This document shows positions 55,720 through 64,000 of a stretch of 64,000 nt of DNA, in pieces. Position numbers and translations under genes: made by a program. The notes below the pieces were generated by a model. It saw only the letters and a list, made by a program, of their open reading frames with translations, did not search any database and was not told where the DNA came from. The DNA comes from Lingula anatina (Eukaryota; Animalia; Brachiopoda), in NCBI GenBank assembly GCA_051362555.1, contig CM120649.1:8680001-8744000 (forward strand). The letters run 5' to 3'. Each line of letters opens with the position of its first letter. Positions within the stretch are counted from its first letter, which is position 1.

Positions 55720-56066
55720 TTATGTATATTTACTGACAACTCTTCTGAAATTACGGACATAAGAAGAAAACGCACTTTGATAAATCGTACTTCCTAGGGG
55801 CACTTTCTTGCTATGGAGCTCTCTTTCCAAAACTTTATAAGTTTTTCCAAGATCAATTAACCTTTCTACGTGTATTCTTTTTGAGGCAACTCGTCTATCT
55901 TTAGGGGCCTAATTACTGTGCCTGGGTCAAGTTGTAACTGTCCTTTTAATATGGAAGGTGTGTTGACATGGGCAACCCTTCACTTCAAACGAAGCCCTGA
56001 ATCCTCAGGAAAATTATGCCCACCTTGCCGACTTTGACATTCAGGTACACAACAATACTGAGGCAT
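55720..56066 (-). pseudogene. ISL2EU transposase: THAP N-terminus joined by deletion to the DDE_Tnp_4 C-terminus
   Basis: MPQYCCVPECQSRQGGHNFPEDSGLRLK*RVA, then VNTPSILKGQLQL..DRRVASKRIHVERLIDLGKTYKVL..RNFRR. Confidence 0.88.
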
Positions 56067-56699
56067 GTTTATTAAGGCCAGTGCCACAGTCCAACGTATA
56101 TGATATCCAACATGGCGACTGTGGAAGGACTGAATTCACACTAGCGACACCTGGCGCCAAGCGGGCTGGTATACCTCATTGCCCTTTTTAAGTAATATTT
56201 AGTCGTGATCTGTTCCATCTAGACTTATAAATTTCATAATATAAAAGTCATAAATAAGACACAAAATTAGGCTATTTTACATAAATGAACATTATTTCCC
56301 TAGGATAAAATTATAGGTTGCTAAACAGAGGCCATACCTTAATTCGGCGCGTAGTGCCGAACCTTGGGCGCAGCCTTGGTCCCCCTCCCAGACCTACTCA
56401 CACTCGGGCACTGCGCGGGAGGGGGTCACCCTCCCAGTGTGCAGAAAATTTTGAAAATTAGACCCAATAAAAGGGACATCTGATGCATTTTTCGGATGAA
56501 CAAATATTATGTGATTAGAAAAAGTATAATATCATGTTTTGGGTTAATTTATTCTCGGTGAGAATGCGTTTTAAAAAGATGCTCAGAACCTTTTATGAAC
56601 ACAGACATGTCATTTTGGAAATAAACTTTATAATAATAATAGTGACTTTAAAATAATTTTAATCAGCTGCACAAATGAACATTAATATTCAAATTATTT

Positions 56700-57130
56700 G
56701 CTAAGTCTGTTGAGGCTTTTCCTGATACAGCATGTGGAATTTGGTTCCATTTAACAACTGTACAAATGCACTTGGTGTTGACTGGTGGATGCATGTTCTG
56801 GACTGCTGTGTCTGTTTCTGTCATTGGTATTGGCTGTATTGACGTTGATTGCACTGAATCTACCTCCCTTGCTAACTCTGGTGATTCCTCTGCCATAAAC
56901 AACAACACCAATGCTTTGTGTACACAGATCTTTTTCTTGGTTGTGCATGCACATTTCAGTGCATTTGTTGCTGAATTATGGGTCACGACCTCCTGCCCAA
57001 ACACAGACCAGTACCTTGTGTCCTGCATGTATACTGAATAGAAAGTGTACTGCTTTGGAAGCGTGTGTACCCATTTAACTACAAGTGGCGAGCGGGTCCC
57101 TCTGGCAGCATCTTTTATTTTACTGCATTA
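56700..57130 (-). pseudogene. SWIM zinc-finger region of a KDZ/Zisupton-type (HMGXB3-related) transposon protein
   Basis: SPLVVKW..FYSVYMQDTRYWSVFGQEVVTHNSATNALKCACTTKKKICVHKALVLLF (CxC-x6-CxH). Confidence 0.7.
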
Positions 57131-58244
57131 TATTGTTCGATCAGAATTAAGAATTCGATCCAGCAAAGCCATCCCCAGAAATGCACTGCATGACGTCACA
57201 CCTAGCCCACTGCGCATGCGTGCATTTTTAATGAGTTGCTAGATTGCCATAGGAAAATGAATGGGTTCGCGATTCGTGGATAATTTGTGATAATTGACAA
57301 ACTAACAGCCTGATGCCGATAGACAGCAACCCTGTGCTATGCTTTAAGCAACTCCTGACCAAATATCACAAGGGTTTTTAAAAAAATTCTGTTGCACACA
57401 TGTACTAAGAAGTTTGCCGTGCATTGCCTATATCCTACCCTCAGCAAAACGCAAATATTTTCAGAAATAGTGATTTTAGACTGTAAATTTCATCAGAAAC
57501 AAAGGCAAACTAATTCGTTGCCGATAGCACCAGCAGATGGCAGCACCATACAGAGTCTGATTAAAGACTCATGGCAATTGAAGAACTTTTACCACTGTAC
57601 AATGGAGTCCAAAATAAGCACTTGGCACAAATGTAAAACTGCCCAGTGCAAGGCCAAGAATTCAATCAGTATTTTCAATCATATTATCAGATTCTACATA
57701 AATTGACTAACAATATCACTATTTAACTAATCTCTTAATGCAAAGTTCCTATCATCATTTAGTAATAATGCAAAATTCTTCTTTCAGATTGCTATTTATT
57801 TTAAATTTTAATGCTGCAACTGTTCCAAAATAATCTTGTAGTAAAGGAAAAATGCAAATAAGAAGTGGAAGACCAATTTTACCCAAATTATTCATTTATT
57901 TGAAAATAAAAAGAATAAGATCACATTTTAACAACTTAAAATAATCTTTCATGAACTCTTTCATGAATAACATATTAAACAAAAATAAAAGTTATAAATT
58001 AGTGGTAATGGCTTATTCTGGAATATATGACCTCTGCACATCATCAGTACCTGACTTGGTACAGTATAGTTACTACTTGGATACAGAGTTTTTTGTGTAA
58101 TCTGATACGTTTTGCAGGGAATGAATAGGTAGGATTTGCCAGCTTTTGGTAGTCAATATTGGCTCCTCGAGCACTTATCAGAGAGTCTGTGTGCGATGCC
58201 ATTGTTGTGCTGTGATTGGCTAGTTGAGTCACGTGAAGCCCTAC

Positions 58245-58680
58245 TGTAGCACCCTCGCATATCGCGTCGCCTGGCAAAGGCAGGAATGGGATGGAATGGA
58301 TGTGGTCACACAAATAGCTGGCTCTTCCTAGTGAGGCAGTCTGCATGATGTTTGTGCAATCTTTGTTACCGCAAGCTGGTGGAGCCGTGTACCGAACATG
58401 CACTGGAAATAGCAGCCCGTGGTTGTTACTTGATATTAGATTAATATGTCTCCACTTGTCCACTAAAATGCCTTGATAATATTGTGAAAAATGTGTTCTA
58501 TGTGTTCTAAGGTACCTAGTTAAATTCTTCTGTAAAACTTTTTTCCACATAGAGGACATTCAGCCATTGGATACACTGTTCTTTTCAAAAGTAACACTTT
58601 TACTGGCTCCTGTGTTTTAGCTGTTGAATTGGCTGCAGGTGGTTCTGATGTGGTTTTCAATGTTGATGCTGAAGGTGTTA
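58245..58680 (-). pseudogene. N-terminal C2H2 finger and Cys/His domain of the same KDZ-type protein
   Basis: ECPLCGKK/LQKNLTRYLRTH..YQGILVDK..HGLLFPVHVRY..CGNKDC..ASLGRASYLCDHIHSIPFLP; separated from the SWIM part by an ~1.1-kb insertion (~57135-58243). Confidence 0.6.
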
Positions 58681-58699
58681 CAACCTCAGCCAATGCCTT

Positions 58700-59170
58700 A
58701 GTATAATTGCCGAGTATTTAGATTGCTTTCCACATTTTAGGCATGCCCAGTAGTTTAATACACGGGATCTAATCTCAATGTTTCTGCCTGTTTCTCCATA
58801 GACCATAAAGTTAGGAGTGCTGGATTTTAGGTGAAGCACAATTTTAGGTGTACTCTCTCAATCATGCCTAATTTGCCAAAGCCCCAAATCTCTGATCCAT
58901 ATAACAGTATAGGTGTCACTATTTTATCAAAGAGAAAGAGGTGGTCTTCAATGGAAAGGTTCCGTGCTCTTCCTTTCTTTAGTAGGGCATACATTGCAGC
59001 TGTTGCTTTTTTGCATAAGTATTCTTTGGTTTGTAGGAATGATCTTATTGGGAGAAGTATATTTCAAGATACTCAAAATGCTTAACAATTTCTATTTTCT
59101 TGCAGTTGTATGTGAATTCTAGGATGCTTTTGCTCTCCTTTACCGCTTCAAATAAATTATAATTTGCATT
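58700..59170 (-). mobile_element. LINE ORF2 post-RT fragment (RTE-X/Crack-like; clade uncertain)
   Basis: KKATAAMYALLKKGR..LFLFDKIVTPILLYGSEIWGFGKLGMIERVHLK. Confidence 0.8.
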
Positions 59171-59211
59171 TTAAAAAATTTAGCATCATGCGACCATGGC
59201 ACGACAACAAA

Positions 59212-59487
59212 TGTATTGTCCTTTCAAAAAGTCTTTATTTGGACTGATCTTACATAAAATACAGTACTTTCTTCACATCCGATCACTGGTGTATCTCCCT
59301 CAAATTACACGCCAACAGCTTTTTATAGTATAGGGTCACATGACCCACGTGACACAAAAAGGGTGCTAACACCAGCTATACATATTCATTACATCTATTT
59401 ATATACTGTAGCTACTTATATTAAGGTACAATATACTATTACACACACATATATATATATATATGTGAATACATGTACCCTATTACA
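59212..59487 (-). mobile_element. Probable LTR
   Basis: TGTA..TACA ends; on the minus strand TATA-like and AATAAA signals in order, with a purine-rich tract immediately upstream; no TSD. Confidence 0.5.
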
Positions 59488-61004
59488 ATCATATCCACTT
59501 TTTAAAAATTACTTAAATAAAGAAACAACTGCAGAGATGCAAATGCGTGCCCAGTTCACACAATTTAAATAATCCATTTGAGGTCAAATAAGCAAAGAAA
59601 AAAGATGCTGGAAAAACCTGTTTTTGATAAAATTTTACATTATTTATCTTTCAGCAGTAATGAGAATCCAATACTGAAACAGATAAGCCCAACTCTAATT
59701 AAAGTAATATAACCACATTATTAACAAAACAGAATGACAACAATATTGATAACAACTTACCCTAGATTTCTAATTCTTCTGTGTGTTTCAGGTCCTTTCA
59801 ATAGTTTGTTCAAAGATGGAGAGAAATTTATAATCGATGTTTGTGCACCAGTTTAATCTTTATTTATGTTCATTGCATGACTAGCATTTTCAGACTTAAG
59901 TTCATGAATCACTGCCGTGTAATTTGTAAATGTCAGCATCGTGTTTAGCAACCGTGTAGCCAAACATTTACCATGGAAATTTGATACAAACTCTCGACAC
60001 AGTAACTTGGTATCTGACACAGCCGTCGCTTATGTTTGTTGCCGTCTTCGTTGTCACCATTAATGTCCATTTGCAGTTTTTAACAAATAAGATGAAAAAA
60101 GTTTTACCCTTTGTCTTGAAACGTACACAACTGATGAATGTTCATACAATACAGTTAATTCGAAAATCATCTTGGTTGTTTTAGCTTTCATGAAGTTGAG
60201 CTGTTCTATTTTGTATTGGTTTTTCCTCAGACTCGATTCTTTGGCATCTTAAAAATCTTACTATTAAAATTATTATATACATTACTGTTTTTTTTTCACA
60301 TTCTTATAATATCTTACAACTCCTGCACTTAAGGCACATTCCCATAGATTTTAGATCGATCTATCCCCGTGGATTTTTTTTTTTCAATTTTTCCAGCTTT
60401 CGAAGCTGATTTTCAGTCAGCAGACATGCAACTCATTTATATGCTTATTTTCCCTTTATCTAGTTATATATTTACAATATTCTTTTGTGATGTTTTTTGT
60501 CAATCAATATTCTTCCTCCCAAGACATTCAAATAAAAAATATAACCCAACTAGTCCACACTGCACCCACATTTTGCACCCCACCCCCCCCCGAAACCATA
60601 TTTGAGCATGGCAATTTTCAAAGCGTCATATACCCACTGGTAGAAGTCCTATTACTGTAAAACCTATATGTCTTTATAAAAGAACATTTGGGTGATAAAA
60701 TACAAAAGAGATCTTCCTGGACTTCTATTTTGTTGGCGATATATTGATGTCTGAAAATGTAAGAATTTAGATTGGTGTTGCTCTTGTCTTGGCCAGTAAT
60801 ACCTGCTCACTTCCTCTAATATTTAAACAGTATATACTTTACAAGAGAAGAGAGAAATATTTTTTTCAACTTAAGAAAAAGACAAGAACACTTGATTTTT
60901 ATTTCACAAACACATCAAACCAAATAATCCAACTAATTTTTTGCCCTTCAAGAAAAAAATGAAAATTGATGTGAAAAGAACTTATATCAAGGTTACATGC
61001 CAAT

Positions 61005-61196
61005 ACGTCCCCACACCGATACTCCCCAGCACCAATACTCCCCCGCACCGGTACTCCCCTATGTCATTGCTTCCCCGCATCGATACTGAGGGGGAGTATC
61101 GGTGCAGCGAAGTAGCGGTGCGCATAATACAAAAATTACTAAGGGGGATTATCGGTGCAGGGGAGTAACGGTGCGGGGGAGTATCGACATGACCCC
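61005..61196. mobile_element. MITE with tandem gcaccgatactcccc subterminal repeats
   Basis: Forward repeats 61005-61088 and inverted repeats 61090-61196 ending catgacccc. Confidence 0.75.
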
Positions 61197-61199
61197 GAT

Positions 61200-61700
61200 A
61201 TCATGACATCATACACCCTTGATTGTTTTGCATTATCAGTGCTCAGAACCAGTGCAATGACTTGCTACAAAAATGTGTCATACTGATCGATCTTTGCTTG
61301 AAAGCGTTGTGATGTCATCAGTTTATGTGACGAGGGACTTTTTTGTTTGATGAAAGTACATCAGAAGAAAACTGGAAATATGTAGAAGCATCTGCAATGC
61401 TGACGGAGACTTCTTTTCAGGTAATGAAACGAATCCATACATGTGATGATTTTGATTTAAAAGCAATATAGCACAACCTATATAGCAAATTTCGAATCAG
61501 TCCCACAATGACGTGAACGTGCACTGGATTGCAATACATACAAATTCTTGGTGAAATGCGAAAAGAACTGATTGCTGTGAAAAGAACTTATTTCATGACA
61601 TCATACACCCTGGATTGTTTTGCATTAATTACAAGTACTCAGAACCAGGGCAATGAATTGCTACAAAAATGTGTCATACTGATCGATCTTTGCTTGAAAG
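61200..61700. repeat. ~105-bp direct repeat (61200-61304 and 61592-61700)
   Basis: tcatgacatcatacaccc..gctacaaaaatgtgtcatactgatcgatctttgcttgaaag twice. Confidence 0.85.
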
Positions 61701-62168
61701 ATTGAAATATTGATATCCATTATCAGCATTGTAGTAACATATCTTTATTGAATATCTTCAGTGAAATGAAACACGACAAAAATTTCTTTTATAAAAAGGT
61801 ATTTGAAATGTATCAGCTTTCAAAATCTGATGAATTGCTGCCCTTTCTAGGGGGGGGGGTTCTTGTTACTCCATGACTGACAAACACTATCTATCAGGTC
61901 ATTTGTGTCCTCCAACTGTAGATTGACATACTTTCCAGTAGATAAATGTGAAAACTATATACTTCTGTTGGCAGTGAGCCAATCCTCCTCACACAACTTC
62001 CTTTTTTCAGCGCCTGGATTAACCAATTTATTTTCTTTGTCATATTCCTGGCTTTCTCTGACCAGTCTTCAAACAGCTGAAATAATAAGACAAATTCATT
62101 CTCCATTTTATGGGTTTAATCTTCAACTGACAAAACTTACCATGAACCCCGTTTCACAACATAGCTTT

Positions 62169-63946
62169 ATTAGTACCACCAGCGTATACGCTGGCTGTAC
62201 TCACGGTTTTAGTCCCGACCCATCTCGTACAGCTCCGCCAGCTCCTGCAGCTCTGCCGGCTCCGCAGTCGGGCGCCGGAAACAAGTCACCGTTACCGCTT
62301 CTCCTCCTAGACCGCCAGGACCTGTGTCCCCATCTCTTAGATTTAGGTCACATATAATCTCAACTTGAGCACCCTGGTTTTTTTGTCTCTGTCAGTGCAT
62401 TGGCCTGGGTGTGACACTTGTTGAAACGCACCTTTGTCAAAATTTTTGAAAATTCAAGGCTAAATATCTCCCAAACCAAAGGCATTATGGGAAAAATTAC
62501 TACAGAAGTCTGACCGAAAGTCATATGTGGAAATTCCAAATATGCCCTTGGATTTGAATTTTGACCTTTTTTTCAAGGTCAAACAAGCCAAAATTTTCTA
62601 AAAATGGGAATTTTCTGCAAAAAAATATTTGTTTGTGCTATTTTTTTGGAAACTACACACATCTAAGCTCTCCTGTTATAGTGAGGTGTTACAATTGGGG
62701 ACTCCTTTCATCTTTGGGAGTTTGGGGTCAACCGGTGCATTTTCACGGGAAAAGCAGCCATTAGATACCGAAACTGAAAACTTGCTTTTATTCTGGAATG
62801 GTAAATGCCAGAGACCTTTTGTTCATAGCATTTTGTAGAACTTGTCAAGTGCAATACTGGAGGTGGTGTCCATTTTTTTTTTGTTTTCGATATGGTTTAG
62901 GCATTGCGCTATATCAAAAATTACAACATTGCAATATTCAGTGGGGAAAATGTTAAATATTCCAAAATTAGCAGAGATATGCCCATAGTTACTATTGAAC
63001 TTGAATAGGAAGTCATATACTGGTAATCTAACTGTGACCTTGAAATTGACCTTTGACCTACTTTTCATGATGAACTGCACTTTGAAGTTTTCTGGTCTTT
63101 ATATCTCCAAAACTGGCAAAGATACGGGCATAGTTACTATTGAACTTGAATAGGAAGTTATATACAAGTAATCTAACTTTGACCTTTAAATTGACCTTTG
63201 ACCTACTTTTCACTTTGCAAATTTTCCAGCCCTTATATCTCCAAAACTGGCAGAGATACACCCATAGTTACTGTTAAACTTGAATAGGAAGTCATATACT
63301 GGCATTCTTATTGTGACCTTGAAATTGACCTTTGACCTACTTTTCAACATGAACTGAACTTTGCAAATTTTCTATCCCTTATATCTCGAAAACTGGCAGA
63401 GATAGGTCCAAAGTTACTATTGAACTTGAATAGGAAGTCATATACTGGCAATCTTACTGTGACCTTGAAATTGACCTTTGACCTACTATTTATGATGAAC
63501 TGCACTTTGCATGTTTCCTGGCCTTCATATATCCAACATTGGCAAAGAAATGCCCATAGCTACTGTTGAACTTATATAGGAAGTCATATACTGTGACCTT
63601 GAAATTGACCTTTGATCTACTTTTTTACCACAAACTGAACTCTGCATATTTTCTTGCTCTTCATGTCTTCAAAACTAGCAGAGATCTGCCCAGTGTTGTC
63701 CCTAGGTTTTCTCTTTTGTCAGCATACCGGTATATGCAATACTGATAATGCATTTCAAGGAAAACCAATAGGCCTATTGTCTAGAAAATCACAGGAGTGA
63801 TCAGTGTTAGGAAAATACAGGTCAATTTGAATTTTAACTGTTATGTTTTTTCCATTTTTTCTTTTTTTTTTTTTTTTGCATATTTTGAGAACTCTTGTTT
63901 ATTGTATTTTATATAGCTTGTCAAGCACAAGACTGGTGGTGGTGTC

Positions 63947-63981
<35 letters not shown>

Positions 63982-64000
63982 GGGGGGGGGGGGTCCACAT
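62169..64000 (+). mobile_element. HINE copy 3 (divergent subfamily), running off the window end
   Basis: 5' hairpin gtaccaccagcg-tata-cgctggctgtac; homologous body; ~5 diverged 146-bp units (62965-63690); hAT-like CAGTGTTGTCCCTAG insert from ~63692; 3' segment agcttgtcaagcacaagactgg. Confidence 0.85.

Larger units (their letters stand above)
49861..56177. mobile_element. ISL2EU-type transposon (two convergent genes), internally deleted
   Basis: AT|GGGGAATACC ... GGTATACCTC|AT termini; SAP-YqaJ gene on + and THAP-DDE_Tnp_4 gene on -. Confidence 0.75.

Noticed and set aside
48642-55982. TGA at three conserved Trp positions (48642, 54370, 55980) suggesting UGA=Trp recoding
   Set aside because: The same genes have frameshifts and deletions and most Trp codons are TGG; single G>A decay explains it
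58044-58559. 171-aa ORF as a single protein
   Set aside because: It reads across a junction near 58243 from the KDZ-type remnant into an unrelated insertion

Overview
AT-rich, intron-containing eukaryotic DNA, probably from a marine invertebrate (inferred only from repeat families and composition). I found no intact host gene, rRNA, tRNA or CRISPR array. The window is a transposon graveyard, and family names below come from remembered motifs, TIRs and TSDs, not from database searches. 1-34.8 kb holds two ~2.8-kb Helentron-type non-autonomous elements (HINE/DINE-1 architecture) with internal 146-bp arrays (a third starts at 62.2 kb). It also holds MITEs of several superfamilies, an L2-like LINE tail and a 1.1-kb gag-only LTR element. 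35.4-58.7 kb can be reassembled as a deep nest. The outermost layer appears to be a decayed, spliced minus-strand KDZ/Zisupton-type (HMGXB3-related) gene: C2H2 and SWIM parts at 56.7-58.7 kb, and a Ulp1/C48 protease at 36.6-37.8 kb. The protease is followed by a fully open exon for a ParB/Srx-like 'GGNH' domain (36123-36490), which is the best candidate for an undescribed system. Inside this layer lie a Sola3-like transposase split mid-exon by a Harbinger element (which itself carries a P-like element and a Kolobok MITE) and an ISL2EU element (SAP-YqaJ plus THAP transposase) interrupted by an Academ element.
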